Shown in pieces: positions 24,665 through 33,842 of a stretch of DNA of 33,842 bases (positions are counted from its first letter, which is position 1; every line of letters starts with the position of its first letter). The DNA is from Dermatophilaceae bacterium (GTDB lineage Bacteria > Actinomycetota > Actinomycetes > Actinomycetales > Dermatophilaceae): positions 1-33,842 of the forward strand of contig JBDTOA010000001.1 of NCBI GenBank assembly GCA_039933475.1. Reading direction: 5' to 3'. The notes under the pieces were generated by a model. The model did not search any database and had not been told where the DNA came from. It saw only the letters and a program-made list of their open reading frames with translations. The position numbers and the translations under genes were made by a program.

Positions 24665-26208
24665 GGCGCCCGCAGCTCCGAGGCCGAGGCCACCGCCCGC
24701 AGGGCCGCCGCGGCCTTGTTCACGCTCTCCTCCAGCTCAAGCTGGGGCACGGAGTCCGCGACGATCCCCCCGCCGGCCTGCACGTAGGCCCGGCCGTCCT
24801 TGACCACAGCCGTACGGATCGCAATGGCCATGTCGAGGTCGCCATGGAAGTCGAGGTAGCCGACAACACCGCCGTAGATGCCCCTACGGCTCGGCTCGAG
24901 CTCGTCGATCAGTGCCATTGCGCGGGGCTTTGGCGCCCCTGAGAGCGTCCCTGCGGGGAAAGTCGCCACCAGCACGTCATAGGCACTCTGGTCTGGGCGG
25001 ATGTCACCCACCACCGTGGACTCAAGATGCATGATGTGGCTGTAGCGCCGGATCGTCATGAACTCCACGACGTCCACGGTCCCGGCGTGACACACGCGCT
25101 GCAGGTCGTTGCGGGACAGGTCGACGAGCATGACGTGCTCAGAACGCTCCTTGGCATCGGCCAGCAGGTCTTCGGCATTGGCAACATCTGCCTCGGGGGT
25201 GTCCCCTCGTGGCCGCGACCCGGCAATCGGATGGGTGATGGCCCGTCTTCCGCTCACCTTGACCAGTGCCTCGGGACTCGAGCCGACCACGTCGTATGCC
25301 GTGCCGTCCGGCGCCGGGAGCCGCAGGAGGTACATGTAGGGGCTGGGGTTGGACGCGCGAAGGACCCGGTAGACATCAAGCGCGTCGGCGGGGCAGTCCA
25401 TGGAGAAGCGCTGCGAGAGGACGACCTGGAAGACCTCGCCGGCCCGGATGGCCTCCTTGCCGGCCTCGACCATGGCGCGGAACTGCTCGGGGGTGTGGTT
25501 GCTGGATGCCTCGGGTGACGTCGGCACCATCACAGCCACGGTGCTGGGGGCCGCCGCACCCAGGTCGGCCGTCATCCGGTCGAGCCGGGCAACTGCATCG
25601 GTCCAGGCATCGTCAACGCGTTCGTCGGTCGCGTCGTAGTTGACCGCGTTGGCGACCAGCAGCAGCGAGCCGTCCGAATGGTCCAGGACCGCGAGATCCG
25701 TGGCGAGCATCATGGCGAGCTCCGGCAGGAGCAGCTCGTCGGGAGCCGTGTCCGGGACCTTCTCCCAGCGACGCACGGCGTCGTACGTGATGGCACCGAC
25801 CATGCCACCGGTCAACGGCGGCAGACCCGGGATCGGGTCGGTCGCGAGCGCGGAGACGGTCGCACGCAGTGCCTCCAGCGGGTTGCCAGTGGTGGGGACT
25901 CCGACGGGCGGGTCCCCGATCCAGTGCGTGTCGCCATCCTTCTCCGTCAGCACGGCACCGCAGGCCGCACCGACGATCGAGTAGCGGGACCACACTCCAC
26001 CGTGCTCGGCGGACTCCAGCAAGAAGGTGCCGGGGGCGTTCTTGGCGAGCTTGCGGTACACCCCTACCGGCGTCTCCGCGTCGGCCAGCAGCCGGCGGAC
26101 CACGGGGATGACCCGGCGACTGCGCGCCAACGCGCAGAACTCGTCCAGCGAGGGCCACGTCACGCCGTACCCGAGGTCGGGGGTGGGCTCACTCATCGGG
26201 ATGTCCAT
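24661..26208 (-). CDS. trpE: Anthranilate synthase component I
   Basis: LLESAEHGG...SRYS... and C-terminal chorismate-binding motifs [12 protein letters not shown] and [22 protein letters not shown] chose the start at 26208 (GGGAG lies 6 nt upstream); an alternative ATG is at 26196. It overlaps the hisI 3' end. Confidence 0.95.
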   Translation of the reverse strand: MDIPMSEPTPDLGYGVTWPSLDEFCALARSRRVIPVVRRLLADAETPVGVYRKLAKNAPGTFLLESAEHGGVWSRYSIVGAACGAVLTEKDGDTHWIGDPPVGVPTTGNPLEALRATVSALATDPIPGLPPLTGGMVGAITYDAVRRWEKVPDTAPDELLLPELAMMLATDLAVLDHSDGSLLLVANAVNYDATDERVDDAWTDAVARLDRMTADLGAAAPSTVAVMVPTSPEASSNHTPEQFRAMVEAGKEAIRAGEVFQVVLSQRFSMDCPADALDVYRVLRASNPSPYMYLLRLPAPDGTAYDVVGSSPEALVKVSGRRAITHPIAGSRPRGDTPEADVANAEDLLADAKERSEHVMLVDLSRNDLQRVCHAGTVDVVEFMTIRRYSHIMHLESTVVGDIRPDQSAYDVLVATFPAGTLSGAPKPRAMALIDELEPSRRGIYGGVVGYLDFHGDLDMAIAIRTAVVKDGRAYVQAGGGIVADSVPQLELEESVNKAAAALRAVASASELRAP

Positions 26209-26629
26209 GGACGGCTCCCAGGTCATGACCGTCGAAACAGGTGCGCGATCCGGTGTGGCAGGCCGCGCCGACCTGGTCGACGCGGACGAGCACGGTGTCA
26301 CCGTCGCAGTCGAGGGCGACCGTCCTGACGTACTGGACGTGGCCCGAGGTGTCGCCCTTGCGCCAGTACTCGCCACGGCTGCGCGACCAGAAGGTCACCC
26401 GCCCGGACGTCAGGGTCCGGCGAAGCGCCTCGTCGTCCATCCAGCCGACCATCAGCACCTCACGGCTGTCGTGCTGCTGCACGACAGCGCAGACGAGGCC
26501 GGCACCGTCGCGCTTCAGACGGGCGGCCAGCTCGGCGTCGAGCGATGGCCCCTGGAAGGACTGTGAGGAGGACTGTGCGGAGGACTGAGCCGGGGACTGC
26601 GAGGGAGACTGCGAGGGAGGCTGGGACAC
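26189..26629 (-). CDS. hisI: Phosphoribosyl-AMP cyclohydrolase with a Ser/Gln/Pro repeat N-terminal extension
   Basis: The conserved core is [25 protein letters not shown]...[22 protein letters not shown]...[21 protein letters not shown]. No in-frame ATG, GTG or TTG lies between 26629 and the core, so the repeat region is probably translated. An alternative GTG start is at 26650. Confidence 0.9.
   Translation of the reverse strand: MSQPPSQSPSQSPAQSSAQSSSQSFQGPSLDAELAARLKRDGAGLVCAVVQQHDSREVLMVGWMDDEALRRTLTSGRVTFWSRSRGEYWRKGDTSGHVQYVRTVALDCDGDTVLVRVDQVGAACHTGSRTCFDGHDLGAVHGHPDE
26552..26623 (-). repeat. Six 12-nt tandem units, (CAG TCC CCN TCG)-like, encoding [24 protein letters not shown]
   Basis: The plus strand reads ...GGACTGTGAGGA GGACTGTGCGGA GGACTGAGCCGG GGACTGCGAGGG AGACTGCGAGGG AGGCTG..., in frame with hisI. 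Confidence 0.85.
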
Positions 26630-26693
26630 GTTGACATTCTGCCGTGCCACCCCCTCGTCAAAGGCATCAGAACCCTGCGTGTTGGATCTAGGG

Positions 26694-27098
26694 ATGCTTC
26701 CCATCGACCTCGACGTGATCCGACTGACCCTGCACGTGCTCGGAGCGACCATCTGGGTGGGCGGCCAGATCGTCCTGGCCGCGCTCGTGGGGCCGCTGCG
26801 CCGCGTTGCACCCAATGCCGTCGCCCCGGCCGCCCGTGTCTTCGCATGGGTCGGCTGGCCGGCGTTTGCCGTTCTCGTGCTGACCGGCATCTGGATGCTC
26901 ACCGGCGGCGACGAGATGAGCGATGCCCTGCAGACCACCTTGATGATCAAGCTGACGCTTGTGGCACTCTCCGGCCTGGGCGCTGCGCTGCACACGTTTG
27001 CCAAGAGCCCGGTTCTCAAGAGTGTCTGGGGAACGGTCGGGCTGGTGTGCGCGCTGGGCGTGGTCCTGCTCGGCGTGTCGATCGTCGAAGGCGGCTGA
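26694..27098 (+). CDS. Small integral membrane protein (about 4 TM, unknown function)
   Basis: [31 protein letters not shown]... with four hydrophobic segments and good GC3. The ATG at 26694 is preferred over the ORF-track start at 26631. Confidence 0.6.
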   Translation: MLPIDLDVIRLTLHVLGATIWVGGQIVLAALVGPLRRVAPNAVAPAARVFAWVGWPAFAVLVLTGIWMLTGGDEMSDALQTTLMIKLTLVALSGLGAALHTFAKSPVLKSVWGTVGLVCALGVVLLGVSIVEGG

Positions 27099-27100
27099 GC

Positions 27101-27718
27101 ATGACCCGGTTCGCCCAAAACGAGCGCCACGCCCTGTGCGACACCTTCGAACGGGTTGGTCCCGAGGCACCCACACTGTGCTCGCCCTGGCTGACCAAGG
27201 ATCTGGCGGCTCACCTGGTGGTGCGCGAGCGTCGACCAGACGCTGCCGCCGGAATCCTGGTGCCCGGTCTGGCCGGCCGCACGGAACAGGTGCAGAACGA
27301 GTATGCCGCCTGGGAATGGCCCCGCCTGGTCGAGCAGGTCAGAACCGGGCCGCCGCCCTGGTCCCCTGCCTCCATCGGCCGGGTCGACGAGGCGCTCAAC
27401 ACTGCAGAGTTCTTCGTCCACCACGAGGACGTTCTGCGAGGCGGCGAGGGCTGGACTGCTCGTGAGCTGCCCGCCGATCTCGAGAGGGCGCTCTGGGGCA
27501 TCGTGTCGGGGATGGCTCGGCTGAGGTACTCACGCTCGCGGGTGGGCGTCGTGCTCGTGGCACCGGGTCTCGGCCGCCGGCAGGCCCATGCCTTGACCGG
27601 GCTCGGCACTGTCGTCGTCAAGGGCACGCCAGGTGAGCTGCTGCTCCACTCGTTCGGTCGCCGGGGCGTCGCCCAGATCGACATCTCCGGGCCCGAGGAA
27701 GCCCTCGCGGCCCTCTGA
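27101..27718 (+). CDS. DinB-fold / maleylpyruvate-isomerase-like metal-binding protein (TIGR03085-like)
   Basis: The ATG at 27101 is 2 nt after the upstream stop. [36 protein letters not shown]...FFVHHEDV resembles the actinobacterial family often found near his genes. Confidence 0.65.
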   Translation: MTRFAQNERHALCDTFERVGPEAPTLCSPWLTKDLAAHLVVRERRPDAAAGILVPGLAGRTEQVQNEYAAWEWPRLVEQVRTGPPPWSPASIGRVDEALNTAEFFVHHEDVLRGGEGWTARELPADLERALWGIVSGMARLRYSRSRVGVVLVAPGLGRRQAHALTGLGTVVVKGTPGELLLHSFGRRGVAQIDISGPEEALAAL

Positions 27719-27780
27719 GCCCACCAGACATCCGCGTCGGAATCAGACTGGCTCAGCCTGCCGCAGCCTGGCTCACAGCC

Positions 27781-28554
27781 TCAGCGGACCGGCAGACCGT
27801 GGCTGCGCAGCTCGTCCTTCACCTGGCCGATGGTGAGGTCACCGAAGTGGAAGACGCTGGCGGCAAGAACCGCGTCGGCACCCGCAGCCACGGCCGGGGC
27901 GAAGTCGCCAGCCTTGCCGGCGCCACCGCTGGCGATCAGCGGCACGCTCACGACCTGTCGAACCGCCCGGATCAGCTCCAGGTCGAACCCGTCTTTGGTG
28001 CCGTCGGCATCCATCGAGTTGAGCAGGATCTCCCCCGCCCCCAGCTCTGCAGCCCGTGCGCACCAGGCAATGGCGTCCAGCCCTGTCCCGTCGCGACCCC
28101 CGTGCGTGGTCACCTCGAACTCACCTGTGGAATCGCCGTTTCGGTCCCGTCGACGCCGGACGTCTGCCGACAGCACGAGCACCTGGGAGCCGAAACGATC
28201 GGCGATGTCCGCAATCAGCTCCGGGCGGGTGATCGCAGCGGTGTTGACCCCCACCTTGTCGGCTCCGGCCCGCAGCAGACGGTCCACGTCATCGACGGTG
28301 CGGACGCCCCCGCCCACGGTCAGCGGGATGAAGACCTGCTCTGCAGTCCGGCGGACGACGTCGTAGGTGGTCTCGCGGTTGCCGCTGCTCGCGGTGACGT
28401 CAAGGAACGTCAGCTCGTCGGCGCCCTGCCCGTCATAACGCCTGGCCAGCTCGACGGGATCACCCGCGTCACGCAGGTTCTCGAAGTTGACCCCCTTGAC
28501 CACGCGGCCTGCGTCCACATCAAGGCAGGGGATGACCCGTATCGCGACACTCAC
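27781..28554 (-). CDS. hisF: Imidazole glycerol phosphate synthase cyclase subunit
   Basis: [20 protein letters not shown]...DELTFLDV...PLTVGGGV...ASGGAG...ASVFHF. Tandem GTG codons lie at 28557 and 28554. I preferred 28554 because a TACGCT hexamer sits 6 nt upstream of it. Confidence 0.95.
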   Translation of the reverse strand: MSVAIRVIPCLDVDAGRVVKGVNFENLRDAGDPVELARRYDGQGADELTFLDVTASSGNRETTYDVVRRTAEQVFIPLTVGGGVRTVDDVDRLLRAGADKVGVNTAAITRPELIADIADRFGSQVLVLSADVRRRRDRNGDSTGEFEVTTHGGRDGTGLDAIAWCARAAELGAGEILLNSMDADGTKDGFDLELIRAVRQVVSVPLIASGGAGKAGDFAPAVAAGADAVLAASVFHFGDLTIGQVKDELRSHGLPVR

Positions 28555-28560
28555 CACGCG

Positions 28561-28566
28561 AGCGTA
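28561..28566 (-). promoter_or_regulatory. Candidate -10 hexamer (TACGCT) for a leaderless hisF mRNA
   Basis: The minus strand reads TACGCT-cgcgtg-GTG(28554). The TANNNT hexamer is 6 nt from the start, and there is no SD at a useful distance. Confidence 0.35.
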
Positions 28567-28596
28567 CCGATCAGTCCGCCTCCCTCCCCCGCTGTC

Positions 28597-28602
28597 TAGA
28601 GT
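28597..28602 (+). promoter_or_regulatory. Candidate -10 hexamer (TAGAGT) for a leaderless P-loop kinase mRNA
   Basis: TAGAGT-ccacct-ATG(28609). The hexamer is 6 nt from the start, and there is no SD. Confidence 0.35.
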
Positions 28603-28608
28603 CCACCT

Positions 28609-29172
28609 ATGCACTTCACGACGACCGAAGAGGCCATCGCAGTGGCGCTTCAGTCGATCGACGAGGCCCAACCCCTCTGCGGCGACACGAAAGTCGTCGC
28701 CATCGATGGGCCCAGTGGCGCAGGGAAGACAGACTTCGCGGCCGCCCTCGCCCAACGCCTTCCCGGTGCGGTCCTTCTGCACATGGACGACCTCTACCCC
28801 GGTTGGGACGGCCTGCGTCAGGCGGTTGCCGATCTTCACGACCAGGTCCTGGCCCCGCTCTCACGCGGCGAGAGTGCGGCATACAGAGGGTGGGACTGGA
28901 AGCACGACCGGTATGACGGGTGGCACGTCATCCCCCCTACGAAGCTCCTGCTCATCGAGGGTGTGGGCTCCGGCGCGATGCCGGGCGCAGAGCTCGAGTC
29001 GGTGCTCATCTGGCTCGAGGCCGAGAGTGCGACCCGGTTCCGAAGAGGCATCGAACGCGACGGCGACTCCTACCTGCCTCACTGGCAGCGCTGGGCGATC
29101 CTCGAGGAGGCCCTCTTCGCGGACGACCTCACCCGGGACCGAGCCGACTTTATCCTGGACACGACGCCATGA
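28609..29172 (+). CDS. P-loop NTPase, uridine-kinase/PRK-like
   Basis: The Walker A motif is [18 protein letters not shown] is Walker-B-like. About 187 aa. The stop overlaps the next start (ATGA). Confidence 0.65.
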   Translation: MHFTTTEEAIAVALQSIDEAQPLCGDTKVVAIDGPSGAGKTDFAAALAQRLPGAVLLHMDDLYPGWDGLRQAVADLHDQVLAPLSRGESAAYRGWDWKHDRYDGWHVIPPTKLLLIEGVGSGAMPGAELESVLIWLEAESATRFRRGIERDGDSYLPHWQRWAILEEALFADDLTRDRADFILDTTP

Positions 29173-30380
29173 GCACTGCCGACCACCGGGTCCGCGGCCC
29201 CGCCGAGCTGCCCCCGCTCTGGCTGATGGCGCTGTCGCTGGTCGCCGTCTCGGCGAACATGCGGACGGCCATCGCGAGCGTCCCGCCACTGGCCAGGACC
29301 ATCGCCGCAGACCTTGACCTCTCCAGCGCCTGGATCGGCGCGCTCACCACGTTGCCTGTCCTGTGCATGGGGCTGCTGGCGCCGGCGGCGCAACGGCTGG
29401 GGCAGAGGTTCGGGGCAGCAGCCTCGGTGCAGATCGCGATGATCGCGCTGTTTGCCGGCCTCCTGATGCGCTGGTGGGGCGATCATCTCTGGGCTCTGTA
29501 CGGCGGCACGCTCTTCGCCGGCTTCGGCATCGCGGTGGCCGGCACCCTGCTGCCTCGCCTGGTCAAGGCGGCCTTCCCGCCCGAACGAACCGGGACGATC
29601 ACAGGCCTCTACATGCTCGCCATGATGGGCGGGGCCGCGGCATCATCTGCCTTGTCAGTGCCACTGGCAGAGCGCCTCGGATCATGGCAGGGCTCATTGG
29701 CGTCCTGGAGCCTTCTCGCTGCTGTTGGTGCCTTGGCCTGGGCGCCGGTCACCTGGAACATCTCGAGGTACAAGGCCGCGAACCCGGTCGCCGCGACAAG
29801 CCATCGGCTGCCCTGGCGACACCCCACAGCCTGGCTGATTGCGGCATACCTCGCCGTGCAGTCCTGGCAGTTCTACTCGAGCCTGGCCTGGATCGCGCCG
29901 TCGTACGTGGCCCGCGGCTGGAACCCTACGACGGCCGGCTTCCTGCTGTCGGCCTTCGGGGGCGCCCAGCTGGTGTCGGGACTTCTGGGGCCGGTACTCA
30001 CGGACAGGATCCACGACCACCGGGCCCTGTTGATGCCGGCCGCGGCCCTGGGGCTCGTGGGCATGCTCGGCCTGCTTCTGGCACCCGATGCTGCCCCCTG
30101 GGTGTGGGTTGTACTCCTCGGCCTCGGGCAGGGAGCGGGATTCTCGCTCGCACTGGTTCTCCTCGTGGACTACGCCGAGACCCCTGCCGGCAGTGGGCGG
30201 CTGACCGCCATGACCTTCTTCGTGAGCTACACGATCGCGTCCTTCGGACCCACTGTCACCGGAGCGCTGAGGGACCTCACGGGAAGCTTCACGGTGATCT
30301 GGCTGCTCATGACTGTGATGATCCTGGTCCAGATCGCCCTGGCTCTGCAGATGAGACCGGGCCTGCGCAAGGTGCCCTGA
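29169..30380 (+). CDS. MFS transporter (CynX/cyanate-permease-like)
   Basis: Start at 29169 (MSTADHR...). About 12 hydrophobic helices. The loop motif LLAPAAQRLGQRFG resembles the MFS motif A position. Confidence 0.8.
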   Translation: MSTADHRVRGPAELPPLWLMALSLVAVSANMRTAIASVPPLARTIAADLDLSSAWIGALTTLPVLCMGLLAPAAQRLGQRFGAAASVQIAMIALFAGLLMRWWGDHLWALYGGTLFAGFGIAVAGTLLPRLVKAAFPPERTGTITGLYMLAMMGGAAASSALSVPLAERLGSWQGSLASWSLLAAVGALAWAPVTWNISRYKAANPVAATSHRLPWRHPTAWLIAAYLAVQSWQFYSSLAWIAPSYVARGWNPTTAGFLLSAFGGAQLVSGLLGPVLTDRIHDHRALLMPAAALGLVGMLGLLLAPDAAPWVWVVLLGLGQGAGFSLALVLLVDYAETPAGSGRLTAMTFFVSYTIASFGPTVTGALRDLTGSFTVIWLLMTVMILVQIALALQMRPGLRKVP

Positions 30381-30416
30381 CCACCTGCGGGCACCAAAGC
30401 CCTCAGCCCTGAGTCC

Positions 30417-30896
30417 TCATGCACTGGGGTGTGGCTGGCTGTGAACCTGCACGAGCGCGGCCAGGCGCGCTGCTTCGGCCCTGCCAAACGCGCCGTCGGC
30501 CTTCTGAATCGCCATCACGGCAACGGTGTCGGTGTCATCGAGGTCCACGCTCACCCATGGCGCACCTCCACCGAACTGCACCCGGACGATCTGTGCCCAC
30601 TCGAGGGTCCGAGTAGTGAGCAGGTTACGGATCACCAGCGTCGTGACACCGGGAACGGCCCGGATCGTGGCATAGCGCCAGAGCAGGGACGAGATGGCTG
30701 CGCCGCAGCCCACAAGCAGGAGGCGGTCAGGCAGGCCCCAGCCGCCGAAGAGGGGGTCCACCTGCGGCAGCGAGATGGCGCCGCCCGTGAAGATCAGCAT
30801 GGACAACGCCGCCATCGTCAGGGCCACCCGGCGCCCGCGCCGCGGGCGGAATACGGCATACGGGTCGGGTGCCGCGACGGCACCCGGCCCAGGCAT
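30417..30896 (-). CDS. Membrane protein with bacterial PH-like domain
   Basis: The ATG at 30896 overlaps the hisG stop (TGATG). Two TM helices are followed by TLVIRNLLTTRTLEWAQIVRVQF...VAVMAIQ, which is typical of bPH domains found downstream of hisG in actinobacteria. Confidence 0.65.
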   Translation of the reverse strand: MPGPGAVAAPDPYAVFRPRRGRRVALTMAALSMLIFTGGAISLPQVDPLFGGWGLPDRLLLVGCGAAISSLLWRYATIRAVPGVTTLVIRNLLTTRTLEWAQIVRVQFGGGAPWVSVDLDDTDTVAVMAIQKADGAFGRAEAARLAALVQVHSQPHPSA

Positions 30897-31741
30897 CAGA
30901 GCCGGCAGGCGGCGATGTCGGTGACCAGGATCGCCCGCGCACCAAGGTTGTAGAGCTCGTCCATCACCTGGTTGGTGCGGTTTCGCGGCACCATCGAACG
31001 CACCGCGACGAAGCCCTTGTCGTGCAGCGGCGACACGGTGGGTGACTCCAGCCCTGGCGTCAGGGCACAAGCCTGCTCCACCAGCCCGACTGCCACGTCG
31101 TAGTCCATCATCACGTAGCCGTGCGCGGTGATCACGCCCTGGAGGCGCCGGGTCAGGATGTCGAGCGCACCCTGCTCCGGGGTGTCCCGCCGCTGGATAA
31201 GCACTGCCTCGCTGAGCAGGATCGGGTCTCCGAAGATCTCAAGGCCCTGCTGGCGCAAGGTGGTTCCGGTCTCGACGACATCGGCGATGACGTCGGCAAC
31301 CCCCAGCGTGATGGCGGTCTCGACCGCACCGTCCAGGCGGATGACCTCGCACCGGAGGCCGTTCTCGGCGAGATGGGCGGACACCAGCCCCGGGTAGCTG
31401 GTTGCAACACGCTTGCCGTCAATGTCCTTGACGCTCGCGGCGACCCCGGGCCTGGCGGCGTAACGGAAGGTTGAGGCGCCAAAACCCAGTGGGATCGACT
31501 CAAAAGCCGTGGCCCCCGAGTCCAGCAGGAGGTCCCGGCCGGTGATTCCGCCGTCAAGGGTTCCCAGACCCACATACACCGCTATGTCCCGAGGGCGCAG
31601 GAAGAAGAACTCGATGTCGTTGTCGACGTCGGTCAGCACCAGCTCTTTGGGGTCGCGGCGACCTCGGTAGCCCGCCTCGCGCAGCATCTCGGCGGCAGGC
31701 TCGGACAGGGAGCCCTTGTTGGGCACGGCGATTCGGAGCAT
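30896..31741 (-). CDS. hisG: ATP phosphoribosyltransferase (long form)
   Basis: MLRIAVPNKGSL...DIAVYVG...ITGRDLL...VATSYP...DVVETGTTLR, plus a C-terminal regulatory domain. Confidence 0.96.
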   Translation of the reverse strand: MLRIAVPNKGSLSEPAAEMLREAGYRGRRDPKELVLTDVDNDIEFFFLRPRDIAVYVGLGTLDGGITGRDLLLDSGATAFESIPLGFGASTFRYAARPGVAASVKDIDGKRVATSYPGLVSAHLAENGLRCEVIRLDGAVETAITLGVADVIADVVETGTTLRQQGLEIFGDPILLSEAVLIQRRDTPEQGALDILTRRLQGVITAHGYVMMDYDVAVGLVEQACALTPGLESPTVSPLHDKGFVAVRSMVPRNRTNQVMDELYNLGARAILVTDIAACRL

Positions 31742-31789
31742 GTCACGGGTCCTTTGGGTAGAAGACTTCGTAGAAGACGGGCGCTCTGG

Positions 31790-32053
31790 TCAGAGGTGGG
31801 CGTAGACGTCGTCGAGCGAGATGTCAGCAGCAACCATCATCACCTGCACGTGGTAGAGCAGCTGGCTGATCTCCTCTGCGGTGCGCGCCTTTCCCTCGTA
31901 CTCGGCGGCCATCCACACCTCGGCAGCCTCCTCCACGATCTTCTTGCCGATCGCGTGGACCCCGGCGTCCAGCTCGACCACGGTGCCCGAGCCAGCAGGG
32001 CGGGTGGCAGCCTTGTCGGACAGCTCGGCAAACAACTGGTCGAAGGTCTTCAC
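31790..32053 (-). CDS. hisE: Phosphoribosyl-ATP pyrophosphatase
   Basis: GTG start at 32053. [14 protein letters not shown]...[17 protein letters not shown]...[14 protein letters not shown]. 87 aa. Confidence 0.93.
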   Translation of the reverse strand: MKTFDQLFAELSDKAATRPAGSGTVVELDAGVHAIGKKIVEEAAEVWMAAEYEGKARTAEEISQLLYHVQVMMVAADISLDDVYAHL

Positions 32054-32060
32054 GAGGGTT

Positions 32061-32066
32061 AGGTTA
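32061..32066 (-). promoter_or_regulatory. Candidate -10 hexamer (TAACCT) for a leaderless hisE-hisG mRNA
   Basis: The minus strand reads TAACCT-aaccctc-GTG(32053). The hexamer is 7 nt from the start, and there is no SD. Confidence 0.3.
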
Positions 32067-32225
32067 CGGGGCCAGCGCTGGGCGCCGCCTGCGCGTCCGT
32101 GGTGCGGAACCGGCCGCGGCCCCGAGCCGCCCCTTTTGGCCCGGTCGGGGCCGTTTGACACATACGTGATACAAAGTCCGGAACCAGCCCGTGGGGATCC
32201 GACGTTGATGGAGACAGGTGTAGGG

Positions 32226-33746
32226 ATGACAGACAGCTCGCGAGTTCGTTGCAAGGCACTCCTGGACAAGGTGATGTCGGCCAAAGAGGCCGCCCAGTTC
32301 ATCACGGCCGGCTCGAATGTCGGGATGAGCGGGTTCACCGGTGCCGGCTACCCGAAGGCAGTGCCCGCGGCGCTGGTCGACCGGATGACCGAGGCGAAGG
32401 CGAGCGGCGACCGCTTCGCCGTCAGCGTGTGGACCGGCGCGTCCACCGCACCAGAGCTCGACGGTGCGCTGGCTGCTGTCGAAGGCGTCGAGCTGCGGAT
32501 GCCCTACCAGTCCGACCCGGTCAGCCGCGCAAAGATCAACGCCGGGTTGATGGACTACATGGACATCCATCTTTCCCACGTTGCCCAGATGGTGTGGGAA
32601 GGCTTCTTCGGGCACATGGACGTCGCCGTGATCGAGGTGGCCGGGATCACCGAGGACGGCGAGCTGATCCCCTCATCCTCGGTCGGCAACAACAAGACGT
32701 GGATCGACCAGGCCGACCACGTGATCCTTGAGGTGAACTCCGCGCAGCCCATCGAGCTCGAGGGCATGCACGACATCTACTACGGGACCGCACTTCCCCC
32801 CTTCCGCAAGCCGCTACAGATCACCAGCCCCTCAGACCGGATCGGGGTGCCCTACCTGCACTGTCCTCCCGAGAAGATCATCGCGATCGTGGAGACCAAC
32901 AGCCCCGACCGCAACTCACCGTTCAAGACCCCCGACGGCGACTCGAAGCAGATCGCCGGGAACATCCTGGACTTCCTCACCCACGAGGTGAAGATGGGCC
33001 GGCTGCCCGAGACCCTGCTGCCACTGCAGTCGGGCGTCGGCAACATCGCGAACGCGGTGCTGATGGGGCTTGACGAAGGCCCGTTCCGGCCGCTGACCTC
33101 CTACACCGAGGTGATCCAGGACGGCATGCTGCAGATGCTCAAGAGCGGCACCCTGAGCATGGCCTCCGCGACCGCGTTCTCCCTCAGTGACGACGCCATG
33201 GCCGACCTGTGCGAGAACATTGACTTCTACCGCGAGCGGATCATCCTTCGCCCGCAGGAGATCAGCAACCACCCCGAGGTCATCCGCAGGCTCGGCTGCC
33301 TGGCGATGAACGGAATGATCGAGGCGGACCTGTACGGCAACGTCAACTCCACCCACCTCATGGGCTCGAGCATCGTCAACGGCATCGGCGGCTCGGGTGA
33401 CTTCGCCCGCAACGCCTACATCTCGTTCTTCGTCACGCCGTCGGTCGCCAAGGGCGGTGCGATCTCGTGCATCGTGCCGATGGTCAGCCACGTCGACCAC
33501 ACCGAGCACGACACGCACGTCATCGTCACCGAGCAGGGTCTGGCCGATCTTCGCGGCTTGCCGCCCCGTCGACGGGCTCAGGTGATCATCGACAAGTGCG
33601 CGCACCCGGACTACCGCGACGCGCTCCAGGACTATCTCGACCGGGCCATTGCCAGCTCATCCGGCAAGCACACCCCCCACCTGATCGAAGAGTCGTTGTC
33701 GTGGCACGCTCGGTACCTGCAGGACGGCACGATGCAGCCTGCCTGA
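32226..33746 (+). CDS. Acetyl-CoA hydrolase/transferase family (succinate/acetate CoA-transferase-like)
   Basis: [39 protein letters not shown]...SSSVGNN...[13 protein letters not shown]. The start was chosen by resemblance to the N-termini of this family. An alternative ATG is at 32208. Confidence 0.88.
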   Translation: MTDSSRVRCKALLDKVMSAKEAAQFITAGSNVGMSGFTGAGYPKAVPAALVDRMTEAKASGDRFAVSVWTGASTAPELDGALAAVEGVELRMPYQSDPVSRAKINAGLMDYMDIHLSHVAQMVWEGFFGHMDVAVIEVAGITEDGELIPSSSVGNNKTWIDQADHVILEVNSAQPIELEGMHDIYYGTALPPFRKPLQITSPSDRIGVPYLHCPPEKIIAIVETNSPDRNSPFKTPDGDSKQIAGNILDFLTHEVKMGRLPETLLPLQSGVGNIANAVLMGLDEGPFRPLTSYTEVIQDGMLQMLKSGTLSMASATAFSLSDDAMADLCENIDFYRERIILRPQEISNHPEVIRRLGCLAMNGMIEADLYGNVNSTHLMGSSIVNGIGGSGDFARNAYISFFVTPSVAKGGAISCIVPMVSHVDHTEHDTHVIVTEQGLADLRGLPPRRRAQVIIDKCAHPDYRDALQDYLDRAIASSSGKHTPHLIEESLSWHARYLQDGTMQPA

Positions 33747-33749
33747 GGG

Positions 33750-33842
33750 CTATGCGTACAGCTCACTTCGCCCGCGCAAGGTGAGCTCGGTCGCCACCGC
33801 TGCGGTGGCGGCCTCATGGCCCTTGTCCTCGCTGGAGCCCTC
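33750..33842 (-). CDS. 3' end of an unidentified convergent gene (partial)
   Basis: The frame is open from the window edge to the TAG at 33750-33752 (...EGSSEDKGHEAATAAVATELTLRGRSELYA*) and has high GC3. It is too short to identify. Confidence 0.3.
   Translation of the reverse strand, partial: EGSSEDKGHEAATAAVATELTLRGRSELYA

Noticed and set aside
26189-27424. The 411-aa minus-strand ORF extending hisI upstream across 26694-27424. The analogous trpA ORF extension to 22452 and the hisF ORF extension to 28839 were also considered.
   Set aside because: The extensions overlap well-supported genes on the other strand or in another frame and have low-complexity Arg/Pro/Ser translations. The conserved domains start much further downstream.
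32155-32160. A perfect TTGACA -35 hexamer in the hisE / CoA-transferase divergent region, with a similar one at 2305-2310.
   Set aside because: No TANNNT-type -10 element lies at 16-19 bp spacing downstream of either, so I did not annotate promoters from them.
1-33842. A scan for CRISPR arrays, insertion sequences, integrases, toxin-antitoxin pairs, rRNA genes and additional tRNAs.
   Set aside because: I recognised no regularly spaced direct repeats with unique spacers, no terminal inverted repeats, and no transposase- or integrase-like translations. The only tRNA-like T-arm (GGTTCAAGTCC) belongs to the tRNA-Leu at 3611-3693.

Overview
This is a high-GC chromosomal segment with gene order typical of Actinomycetota. 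About two thirds is core metabolism, almost all on the minus strand: pyk, gltB-gltD, lgt, a trpE / Trp-region membrane protein / trpC-trpB-trpA block, hisI, hisF, hisG-hisE, and a plus-strand acetyl-CoA hydrolase/CoA-transferase gene. The left third (about 1-11.2 kb) looks accessory. It holds a TetR-EamA pair with a near-perfect palindromic operator, a secreted double-cupredoxin protein, tRNA-Leu(CAA), and an OmpR-type two-component system flanked by small single-pass low-complexity proteins. It also holds the most interesting locus, at 7146-11201: two paralogous ferric-reductase-type (NOX/MsrQ-like) membrane proteins that keep a four-His, two-haem ligand pattern, a membrane-anchored Ser/Ala/Pro low-complexity protein, an ApbE flavin transferase with no signal peptide, a NuoF-like NADH/FMN protein with a degenerate Fe-S motif, and a small CxxHxxC...CP ferredoxin. 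The last five genes are joined by 1-4 nt start/stop overlaps, and no FMN_bind-domain substrate for ApbE is present. Three arrays of 11-bp-phased repeats (consensus TCTTGAGG) precede, in the matching orientation, the three transcription units around this locus, which suggests response-regulator control. I saw no CRISPR array, transposase, integrase or rRNA. All family assignments come from motifs read by eye and need profile searches to confirm.
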